30,808 nt of DNA from an uncultured Bacilli bacterium (GTDB lineage: Bacteria > Bacillota_I > Bacilli_A > RF39 > UBA660): the NCBI GenBank assembly GCA_947624075.1, contig CANQIM010000001.1, positions 1 to 30,808 of the forward strand, in the 5' to 3' direction. The translations under genes were made by a program, and so were the position numbers. The notes below the pieces were generated by a model. The model was not told where the DNA came from. It searched no databases and saw nothing but the letters and a program-made list of their open reading frames with translations. Positions 16,626 to 24,830 of this stretch are shown here, piece by piece; position 1 is the stretch's first letter, and each line of letters opens with the position of its first letter.

Positions 16626-17961
16626 ATATTGTATATCCTCCTATTTTTTGTAATTTTTTTCCTATTTTTATTCCAAATTTGGCAATTTCTCTATTAAATT
16701 GGATAGATACATTACTTCGTTTAGAAAATGTTTCATTAGTGTCAACGATAATAATTGTACCTTTTTCTAGTTTAGAAAGTTCTTTTTTCATTTTTGATGT
16801 TCCGTTGTAGCCATGATTTCCTTTATTTATCAAATCGAAATACGTTATATCTAAATTACAAGTTATTTTATAAAAATAGGCATCACTTGCTAAAAAAATA
16901 ATTTTTTTGTCTTTATTATTGTTTAAGTACTCTATCATTTTGTTTCTTATGTAATTTTCACCGTTCTTATCATATAAAAGACGATAGTTGAAATTATGAT
17001 AATGATTAGGATAATGAATTTTACCTTGAAAAGTTGTAAAGAAAAAGAAGATAAAGACGAAGGAACAACTAAATAAAAGGGTATTAGAAATTAAACTTTT
17101 CTTATTTACTTTTATCTTATCTATTAAAAGAATTAGAAAAATAAAGAAAAAATATTCAATATGTTGGTAATCAAATAAAGGAACCATGATAGAAGAAAAG
17201 GCTAAAACATATAAATACTTAATATCTTTTTTATTTTTTAGATATAATATTAATGCTATAATTATCAAAATAATTCCTGTTATTAAAGCAAAATCAAGTT
17301 TTCCTTTATTACTAGAAGTAAAATCAAAAGCACCTAGAAAACATAGATTTAAAAATGCTTTAAAACTTTTAGTGATAATTAAATATAGTAGAAAAATAGT
17401 ATTTGGAATTAAGACACCTATTAATCTTTTAAATAACTTTTTTAAATCTTTATGATAATAAATTAAACTAGGTATAAATAGAAATACTCCTACTGTTTGC
17501 TTAGTTAAAATGCTTAGACCAATTATAAAACCGATTAAGACATCATTTCTTTTTGTTTTTTCATAATAAATAAGTAAAAGCGTTAAAAAGACTAGAAATA
17601 AATTGTAAGATGGAAAAACTAAAGCTGGTATTGGGAAAACAAGAAAAATTAAAAAAAGCCATGCTTTATAATTAAACATTTTAAAAAGAAAATAAAATAT
17701 TAAAGTTACTAATAAAGCATTCTCTAAATAGAAAAAAATTATATTAGTATTAAGCCTTAAAATTAGCGACATTATCATAGGATAAAGTGGTGTTAAAATC
17801 ATATTAAAATCTAAATAAGGCACTTCTCCCCTACTAATTGCATAGGAAAAACCATAATTCCATAAAACATCTCCATCAAAATAAGTTAAGAAAAAACTCA
17901 TGGAAAAAAAAGCAAAGAAAAATATAAATATATATTTAAAATTATTTTTTAAAAATTTCAT
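16612..17961 (-). CDS. GT-C-like polytopic membrane protein, array paralog 3
   Basis: DVLWNYGFSYAISRGEVPYLDFNMILTP, IGFIIGLSILTKQT, PLFDYQH, GNHG; AAGGAG SD. Confidence 0.65.
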   Translation of the reverse strand: MKFLKNNFKYIFIFFFAFFSMSFFLTYFDGDVLWNYGFSYAISRGEVPYLDFNMILTPLYPMIMSLILRLNTNIIFFYLENALLVTLIFYFLFKMFNYKAWLFLIFLVFPIPALVFPSYNLFLVFLTLLLIYYEKTKRNDVLIGFIIGLSILTKQTVGVFLFIPSLIYYHKDLKKLFKRLIGVLIPNTIFLLYLIITKSFKAFLNLCFLGAFDFTSSNKGKLDFALITGIILIIIALILYLKNKKDIKYLYVLAFSSIMVPLFDYQHIEYFFFIFLILLIDKIKVNKKSLISNTLLFSCSFVFIFFFFTTFQGKIHYPNHYHNFNYRLLYDKNGENYIRNKMIEYLNNNKDKKIIFLASDAYFYKITCNLDITYFDLINKGNHGYNGTSKMKKELSKLEKGTIIIVDTNETFSKRSNVSIQFNREIAKFGIKIGKKLQKIGGYTIYEKI

Positions 17962-18039
17962 ATTTTGGCTCCTTACTATTCAAATATATAATGAATGACA
18001 TTTCATGAATTTTGATATTTTTAATTACTTTTTTACTTT

Positions 18040-18068
18040 ATTATAAACGCAATAATTTTTTATAGCAA
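18040..18068 (-). promoter_or_regulatory. Putative internal sigmaA promoter for paralogs 3-5
   Basis: TTGCTA (18063-18068), 17-bp spacer, TATAAT (18040-18045), in the 148-bp gap between paralogs 2 and 3. Confidence 0.55.
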
Positions 18069-18109
18069 ATCAAATTATGCCTTTTAATTCCTTTTAAAAG
18101 TTGAATAAA

Positions 18110-19441
18110 TTATTTTTTATAATATATATCGTAATTTTCTACTTTATCTTTTTTATGAGAATTATTTATAGCATATTTGATAATTTCAGTATCCAATTGA
18201 TTAGCTTGTGGATATGTTTTATATTTATATCTGTCAATGAAAAAGTAAACATCATGCATATTTTCAATTTTTTTCTTCATATCATCTGTTCCTTTATAGC
18301 CATAGTTTCCTTTTAATAAAACATCAAAGTAAGTTATTTTTTTATCTGTCACTAAATCATAAAACATTGACGATTCATCTAACATGTAAACATTTTTATA
18401 TTTTTTATATTTTTTTAATACAGATATTATACTTTTTTTATTTTCAGCTTTTATTCCATATAACGTAAAATGTTTTTGATTTAAAAAAGTAAAATTTTCA
18501 AACTTATGAGGTATTAAAATTAGATTGAAAAAACAAATTATACTAAAAAGAAGAAGAGAAATATTTCTTAGATATTTTTCTTTTAAAGGAACTTTGTCTA
18601 AGAATAATAAAGTAAAAACACCTATAAACAATCCTACATGGTAAAAATCAAACAAAGGTAGGACAAAAGAGAAACTACCTAAAGCATAATAGTTTAGAAT
18701 ATTTTTGTTATCTTTAATAGTAATATAAAGCAAAAAAATTAGAAGAATTAAAGGCAAAATAAATAAAAAAGAAAATGAAGTAGCATGATTTTTAGTACCA
18801 AAATCAATCATACCTAAGAAGCATAAATTAATAAAAGAACTTATACTATTTGTTACAAATAAATATAGTATAAATATTAAAACAGGTAGAAAAGCAAATA
18901 TAGATCTTTTAAAAATTCTTTGCCTATCTCTCAAGCCAATTAAACTTAATAAAAAAACTGGTATACCTATTGTTTGTTTTGATAGTATCAAAAGTCCTAG
19001 TACAAAACCAATTAAAGAATCCTTCTTCTTTTCTTTTTCTAATAAAAATAAAAGAACTATTAAAAAGTAAGCAAAAAAATTATAAGTAGCATTATACTGA
19101 GTAAATAAAGGAAATGCTAATATTGGTAAAAGAAGATAGGCACGATTATTAAACGTACGGAAAAACATGTAAAAAAGAATTGTGACTAATAGAGATTGAC
19201 CTATCATGAACATAAACATATCATCTTTAATAAAAAGAAAAAGACTCATTAAGAAAGAATAAAGCGGAGTACTTATAGTATTAAAATCTAAATAAGGAAT
19301 TTCGCCTTTCCTAATTGCGTGAGCAAAACCATAGTTCCAAATAACATCAAAACTACAATTTTCATAGAAAAAACAAACATACATAATTAAAAAAGATATA
19401 AAGATTAATAAATATTTATAGTTTTTCTTAATAAAGCTCAT
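18110..19441 (-). CDS. GT-C-like polytopic membrane protein, array paralog 2
   Basis: DVIWNYGFAHAIRKGEIPYLDFNTISTP, IGFVLGLLILSKQT, PLFDFYH, GNYG. Confidence 0.65.
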   Translation of the reverse strand: MSFIKKNYKYLLIFISFLIMYVCFFYENCSFDVIWNYGFAHAIRKGEIPYLDFNTISTPLYSFLMSLFLFIKDDMFMFMIGQSLLVTILFYMFFRTFNNRAYLLLPILAFPLFTQYNATYNFFAYFLIVLLFLLEKEKKKDSLIGFVLGLLILSKQTIGIPVFLLSLIGLRDRQRIFKRSIFAFLPVLIFILYLFVTNSISSFINLCFLGMIDFGTKNHATSFSFLFILPLILLIFLLYITIKDNKNILNYYALGSFSFVLPLFDFYHVGLFIGVFTLLFLDKVPLKEKYLRNISLLLFSIICFFNLILIPHKFENFTFLNQKHFTLYGIKAENKKSIISVLKKYKKYKNVYMLDESSMFYDLVTDKKITYFDVLLKGNYGYKGTDDMKKKIENMHDVYFFIDRYKYKTYPQANQLDTEIIKYAINNSHKKDKVENYDIYYKK

Positions 19442-19445
19442 ACTC

Positions 19446-20813
19446 TTACTTCCTATAATAGATTTGATAAGGTCCTATTTCTTTTTCTAATTTAGAATTC
19501 TTTTTAGCAAACAAAGAAAACTCTTTAACGTACTGCTGATACATATTATTATCTTTTTCTAAAGTCTTATCTAAAATAAAATAAACATCTTCTTTTTTGC
19601 TAATTTTCTTTAGCATCTTATCAATACCATTATACCCATAGTTGCCATAATTAGACAAGTCAAAATAAGTTATTTCTTTATTGTTCATAATCTTAAAAAA
19701 ATAGTTTTCAGAACCCCTTAATAAATAGATGACTTCTTGATCTTTTTCTTTTAAATATTCACTTAGATTATCTATATTTTTAGAATAATTTTTAGAAATG
19801 AGTGTTAAAGGAAAATTATGATAGTTTTTAAATACTGGCTTTTGTAAATACTTAAATTCAATAAAAGTCCAAATTAGAGCCATACCTATTATAAAAGTAA
19901 GGCAATACTTAGAAATATTTTTTATTTTTAGAGAAAAACCATCTAGAAAGATGAAAACTACCGCCAATAAAAATAAAGCAACATGATAATAATCAACTAT
20001 AGGAAGAGCAACAAAAGAAAAAGCTAAAGTATAATAGTAAAGAATATTTTTCTTATCTTTAAAAATCTTATAAATTATGTATATAATACCTAATAAGAAT
20101 AAAGACAAATAAAAATAATTTAGAACATTATTCCTTTTCGCAAAACTAAAAAGTCCTAAAAAACACAAATCAAAAAAGGAAGTAAAACTTTTAGTAATTA
20201 ATAAATAGATTAAAAAAATAAATAACGGCAAGAAAAGACCCGCTAATCTTTTAAAAAATTTTTTGCAATCTTTAAAAAGAAAATAAATGTTAGGTAAAAA
20301 AAGCATAAGACCTACAGTTTGCTTAGTTAAAATAAGTAAGCCTAAAATAATACCTATTATGAAATCATTCTTCTTCCTTTTTTCCAAATATATTAAGATG
20401 AGAAACAAAAAGAAAAGGAAAAAGTTATAACCTGGAAAAATGGTTGATGCAAAAGGAATAGGAAAAGGAATTAGCATAATAGTTAAAAATAAATAGGCTT
20501 TCTCTTGAAGTAGTTTTTGTAAAAGATAAAACATAGAAGTAAGGAATAATGCCTGTTCCAAATAATAAGTGATTATTGATTTATTAATAAATAGAAAAAA
20601 AGAATAAATAAAAGGAGCAAACGGAGTTATTACCATGTTAAAATTCTTATAAGGAACTTCTAATTTACTTATAGCATAACTAAAACCATAATTAACATAT
20701 AAATCTCCCCTATTTAAATTATAGAATAATAATAAACACAAAAAAAAGAAAACAAAAAGTAGTAAATACCCATAATTTTTCTTTATTATATTGAAAAACT
20801 TTTGCATTTTCAT
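19446..20813 (-). CDS. GT-C-like polytopic membrane protein, array paralog 1
   Basis: DLYVNYGFSYAISKLEVPYKNFNMVITP, IGIILGLLILTKQT, PIVDYYH, GNYG; TAATG overlap with the divIB stop (ATG 20807 is an alternative start with better SD spacing). Confidence 0.65.
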   Translation of the reverse strand: MKMQKFFNIIKKNYGYLLLFVFFFLCLLLFYNLNRGDLYVNYGFSYAISKLEVPYKNFNMVITPFAPFIYSFFLFINKSIITYYLEQALFLTSMFYLLQKLLQEKAYLFLTIMLIPFPIPFASTIFPGYNFFLFFLFLILIYLEKRKKNDFIIGIILGLLILTKQTVGLMLFLPNIYFLFKDCKKFFKRLAGLFLPLFIFLIYLLITKSFTSFFDLCFLGLFSFAKRNNVLNYFYLSLFLLGIIYIIYKIFKDKKNILYYYTLAFSFVALPIVDYYHVALFLLAVVFIFLDGFSLKIKNISKYCLTFIIGMALIWTFIEFKYLQKPVFKNYHNFPLTLISKNYSKNIDNLSEYLKEKDQEVIYLLRGSENYFFKIMNNKEITYFDLSNYGNYGYNGIDKMLKKISKKEDVYFILDKTLEKDNNMYQQYVKEFSLFAKKNSKLEKEIGPYQIYYRK

Positions 20814-21502
20814 TACTCCTTTATTTGAAAGTGATTACCATTATCTAGATAAAGAATTCCCTTATGATTTTCAAGTTGACTTAAAACTTTATTATAATAA
20901 TTTATCATTTTAAATTTAGTTAGTGTTAAATAAACCATGTTTCCATCGTCCATGTAAAGTAAAAATCGATCTTTGTCAATATTATTAGGTTGATATTCAA
21001 TATCAGAAATTTTTCCTAAAATATCTTTTTCAATATTATTCATACCCTTTATAAACTTATCATATTTATTATCAGGAACATAATTTATAAGTCTTGGAAC
21101 ACGAAAAGAAGAAACCATAACGTCACTTTCTACTTTTTCTTTATTACTTAAAACCATCTTTTGAGAAGTATTATCATAAAAAATAGCTTTATTTTCTGTT
21201 ACTTCAATCGTTAAAACATGAAAAAAACTTCTATGTACTTTAACATTGTTAATATATGGTGACTTTTCTAGAGACTTTTTTATTTTACCTGTAGTAAAGC
21301 TATAAAAACTAGGATAATTTTTTAAATTAGCTTTTTCTATTATATAATCATCATTTAAATAGCTAGTTTTTTTTATAATAATATTTTTTAAAGGAATAGA
21401 TAAATATAATTTAACGCCAAAAAATAGTCCTGTTAATATTAAAAGAACTAATAAAAGATTAAATACTTTTAATTTTCTTCTTTTGACTATTTTTTTTGCC
21501 AT
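20813..21502 (-). CDS. divIB: Cell division protein DivIB/FtsQ
   Basis: Basic N-terminus, single TM, POTRA-like domain (LEKSPYINNVKVHRSF), YMDDGN.V and GILYLD motifs; follows murB. Confidence 0.88.
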   Translation of the reverse strand: MAKKIVKRRKLKVFNLLLVLLILTGLFFGVKLYLSIPLKNIIIKKTSYLNDDYIIEKANLKNYPSFYSFTTGKIKKSLEKSPYINNVKVHRSFFHVLTIEVTENKAIFYDNTSQKMVLSNKEKVESDVMVSSFRVPRLINYVPDNKYDKFIKGMNNIEKDILGKISDIEYQPNNIDKDRFLLYMDDGNMVYLTLTKFKMINYYNKVLSQLENHKGILYLDNGNHFQIKE

Positions 21503-21505
21503 CTT

Positions 21506-22414
21506 CTACTCCCAATTTACAAATTCTTGTTCTATTTTCATATCAACTTTATATTTTTCTAAAACTTCATCGTGCACTAAATCTATTAGTTTTTTTATGT
21601 CCGTGCTAGTTGCTTTTTTATAATTTATAATGAAATTAGCATGTTTATTACTAACCATTGCCCCACCTATTTTTTTACCTTTTAGGCCAATATTTTCGAT
21701 TAGCTGGCCAGCAAACATTCCTTCAGGATTACGAAAAACACTACCAGCTGATGGGTATTCTAAAGGTTGGGATTCCATGCGGCGTTTTCTTCTTTCCTTA
21801 ATTACATCTTCGATTGCTTGTTTATTTCCTTTTTCTAATTTAATTAAAACTTCTAGGCAAATGTAGTTTGGATGTTTTTGTAAAAAAGAAGTTCGATAGT
21901 GAAAATTCATTTCTTTATTTTCTAAAGTTATAATTTTTAGATCAGGTGTTAGTACTTTTACTTCTTTAGCGATGTAACCCATGTCACTTTTGTAAGCACC
22001 AGCATTCATAAAAATACTACCACCTACTGTACCTGGGATACCAGAAGCAAATTCCAAGCCCGTTAACCCTTTTCTAGCAGCTAACATACTGAGTTTCATT
22101 AAGGAAAAGCCAGCTCCTACACGAATCTTTTGACCATTTAAAAATTTTATATCATTAAATTCCGTTAATTTAATTAAAATGCCATCATAGAACTTATCAC
22201 TAAATAAAAGATTAGAACCATTACCTAGAATTTTATAAGTAACATTTTCCATTTTTAATAATTTAATAAGTTTTGTTAAAGAAGAAATGTTTTTAGGATA
22301 GACAATAGCTCTTGCTTTGCCACCTACTTTATAAGTTGTATATTTACTTAAAGAGACATTTTCTTCAACTTTGCCTATATTTAATGTGGTAATTTTTGTA
22401 AGTAAATTATCCAT
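21506..22414 (-). CDS. murB: UDP-N-acetylenolpyruvoylglucosamine reductase
   Basis: TTYKVGG, GNGSNLL, GLEFASGIPGTVGG, MNAGAY, PSAGSVFRNP, HANF. Likely start ATG 22414 behind an AGGTG SD. Confidence 0.97.
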   Translation of the reverse strand: MDNLLTKITTLNIGKVEENVSLSKYTTYKVGGKARAIVYPKNISSLTKLIKLLKMENVTYKILGNGSNLLFSDKFYDGILIKLTEFNDIKFLNGQKIRVGAGFSLMKLSMLAARKGLTGLEFASGIPGTVGGSIFMNAGAYKSDMGYIAKEVKVLTPDLKIITLENKEMNFHYRTSFLQKHPNYICLEVLIKLEKGNKQAIEDVIKERRKRRMESQPLEYPSAGSVFRNPEGMFAGQLIENIGLKGKKIGGAMVSNKHANFIINYKKATSTDIKKLIDLVHDEVLEKYKVDMKIEQEFVNWE

Positions 22415-22419
22415 TAACA

Positions 22420-23496
22420 TCACCTAATTATCTTTCGTATTTCATTATATATTCTAGTTGCTGAATCCTTTATTCCTAGTTTCTGACTACTTTCTTTCAT
22501 TTTACTATAAATTTCTTCATTACAAAAGAGGTTATCTATTTCTTTTAATAATTTTTCTTTGGAAAATTCTTCCTCAGTTACAATAGTACAAGCACCAACT
22601 GATTCTAAATCTTTGGCATTTTTGTATTGATGATTATTAGTAACATAAGGGGATGGAACTAAAATAGCAGGTAAACCTATAGCAGTGATTTCCGCAATAG
22701 TAGAAGCTCCTGCACGTGATACTAATAAATCAGTATCTTTTAAAAGATTAATCAAATTATCAAGAAAAGGATAAATTTTAACATTTTTAGGAACAGCTAA
22801 ATTCTTATAGGATTCATAATAATTATTTCCAGTAATGATAAGTACTTGATAATCTTTATCTTGGAAAGAAGGAATTAATTCTTTTAACTTATCAGTCATT
22901 GTCAGAGAACCAAGGGAACCCATGACAAAAACGACTAATTTTTTATCTTCTATAAAACCTAACTCTTTTTTTAATAAAGGTTTTTCTGAAATAATTTCTT
23001 CACTACGAGGATTACCTGTGTAGACTGTTTTCTTTTTAGAAAAGTACTTGACGCTATTAGGTAGTGAGACACAGATTCGATTAGCAAAAGAAGAAATAAA
23101 TTTATTAGAAACACCAGGAATGGAGTTTTGTTCATGAATTAAAATGGGATACTTAAGTTTTTTGGCGGCATAAAGAACAGGAGCTGTAATATATCCACCG
23201 GCACCAATTACGACATCAGGATGGAAGTCGCTAATAATTTTTTTAGCTTCTTTGATAGCATTATTATACTTTTTTAAAACACTTATATTAGAAAAAATAT
23301 TTTTTCTATTTAACCCAGCCATTTCGATACCAACAAATTTTATATTCATTTTAGGAATTATATCTTTTTCCATACGATCAGTTGTACCAATATACAAAAT
23401 CTCACTATTTGGTTCTTGATCTTTTATTTTATTGATAATGGCAATAGCTGGATAAATATGTCCTCCTGTACCGCCCGCAACGACTATAGCTCTCAT
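22420..23496 (-). CDS. murG: Undecaprenyldiphospho-muramoylpentapeptide beta-N-acetylglucosaminyltransferase
   Basis: GGTGGHIYPA, GGY, HEQN, GNP, GSLGS, SRAGASTIAE, HQYKNA motifs. Confidence 0.97.
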   Translation of the reverse strand: MRAIVVAGGTGGHIYPAIAIINKIKDQEPNSEILYIGTTDRMEKDIIPKMNIKFVGIEMAGLNRKNIFSNISVLKKYNNAIKEAKKIISDFHPDVVIGAGGYITAPVLYAAKKLKYPILIHEQNSIPGVSNKFISSFANRICVSLPNSVKYFSKKKTVYTGNPRSEEIISEKPLLKKELGFIEDKKLVVFVMGSLGSLTMTDKLKELIPSFQDKDYQVLIITGNNYYESYKNLAVPKNVKIYPFLDNLINLLKDTDLLVSRAGASTIAEITAIGLPAILVPSPYVTNNHQYKNAKDLESVGACTIVTEEEFSKEKLLKEIDNLFCNEEIYSKMKESSQKLGIKDSATRIYNEIRKIIR

Positions 23497-23517
23497 CAAA
23501 TCACCTTCGGTTAATTA

Positions 23518-23526
23518 ATTATATCA
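23518..23526 (-). promoter_or_regulatory. Putative extended -10 promoter for murG
   Basis: TGaTATAAT on the minus strand, 22 nt upstream of ATG 23496; the -35 position reads TTAAAA (weak). Confidence 0.45.
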
Positions 23527-23632
23527 TACTATTAAAGCTTTTTTAAGATTACTCTATGTAACTTTACATTTAATTTTATTCAGTTTACTGTAAATAAATG
23601 CTTTAGGAAGAAAATTTCTTTATAGTTAACAA

Positions 23633-23661
23633 TTGTAAAGGCTTACTTATTATGATAAAAT
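23633..23661 (+). promoter_or_regulatory. Putative sigmaA promoter for tmcAL-gmk
   Basis: TTGTAA (23633-23638), 17-bp spacer, TAAAAT (23656-23661) with a TG extension at 23653-23654. Confidence 0.6.
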
Positions 23662-23687
23662 ACATTAAAAAGAAAGGGGGAATTTCT

Positions 23688-24830
23688 ATAAAAGCAATTG
23701 GTATTATTGCTGAATATAATCCTTTTCATAATGGACATTTGTATCATTTAAAAGAAATAAAAAAGAAATATAAGGACTATGTAGTAGTTTTAGTTTTAAG
23801 TGGTAGTTTTACCGAGCGTGGTGAAGTTAGTCTTATTAGTAAAGATAAAAAAGTAAAAATAGCTTTAGAAGCAGGAATTGATTTAGTTGTGGAGTTGCCT
23901 TTTGCTTTTGCAGTACAGAGTGCTGACTATTTTAGTTATGGAGCAATTACTATTTTAGAATATTTAGGTGTTGAAAAGGTTGTATTTGGAAGTGAATCTA
24001 ATAAATTAGAAGATTTAGAAGAGATTGCTAGATGTCAAATTGATAATCCTGATTTTGATAAGTTAGTTAAAATCTATAGTAAATTTGGTAATAACTACCC
24101 TACTGCTTTAGCTTTAGCTTTAAATGATTTAACTGATAAAAAGATAGATACTCCTAATGATTTGTTAGGGATTAGTTATATAAAGACAATTTTAAAATAT
24201 AATTACAAAATTAAATATGATTCGATAAAGCGAATAAATAATTATCATAGTTTAAGTCTTGAAAAAATTTCTTCAGCTAGTGCAATTAGAAAAGCTTTAA
24301 GGGATGGGGTTGATATAAAAGAACAAGTACCTAGCTTTGTAATGAATTACTTAGATGAGCTGCATTATATAGATGATTATTTTGACTTTTTGAAATATAA
24401 AGTTTTAGTAGATGATGATTTATTAAAGTATCAAACTATAGATGAGGGAATGGCAAAGAAATTAAAAGTGGAAATAAAAAAAGCAAGCTCTTATCAAGAA
24501 TTAGTTAGCAATTTAAAGCAGAAAAGATTAACAGAAAGTAAGATTAAAAGAATGCTTTTACATATACTTTGTGGTTTCACAAAAGAGGAAGCTAAGAGAT
24601 TGCAGGAAATTAAATATATTAGAATTTTGGGATTTAATGAAACTGGAAGAATATATTTAAATAGTATTAAGAAGGATATTAGAGTTCCTCTTATTAGTAA
24701 GTTAAAAAGAGAAAAAGAGGAAATGTTAGAATTAGAATTAAAGTATCAAACTATTTATGATATTTTAAGTAAAAAGAAAATTAATGAGGAAAAAGTTTTT
24801 CCAATAAGATGGGAGGATAAAAATGATTAA
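23688..24830 (+). CDS. tmcAL: tRNA(Met) cytidine acetate ligase (YlbM family nucleotidyltransferase); probable ATA start
   Basis: AEYNPFHNGH HIGH-like motif, SGSFTERGE, DLVVELP, FGSE, PNDLLG, SASAIR. The ORF track start is ATG 23652; ATA 23688 aligns with the family Met1 and follows an AAAGGGGG SD. Confidence 0.88.
   Translation: MKAIGIIAEYNPFHNGHLYHLKEIKKKYKDYVVVLVLSGSFTERGEVSLISKDKKVKIALEAGIDLVVELPFAFAVQSADYFSYGAITILEYLGVEKVVFGSESNKLEDLEEIARCQIDNPDFDKLVKIYSKFGNNYPTALALALNDLTDKKIDTPNDLLGISYIKTILKYNYKIKYDSIKRINNYHSLSLEKISSASAIRKALRDGVDIKEQVPSFVMNYLDELHYIDDYFDFLKYKVLVDDDLLKYQTIDEGMAKKLKVEIKKASSYQELVSNLKQKRLTESKIKRMLLHILCGFTKEEAKRLQEIKYIRILGFNETGRIYLNSIKKDIRVPLISKLKREKEEMLELELKYQTIYDILSKKKINEEKVFPIRWEDKND

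Noticed and set aside
13883-20813. Array as a mobile island or prophage serotype-conversion cassette
   Set aside because: No integrase, transposase, att-like repeat, tRNA target or gtrA/gtrB; the genes are tightly coupled to divIB. Lower GC is partly explained by F/I/L/K/Y/N-rich composition.
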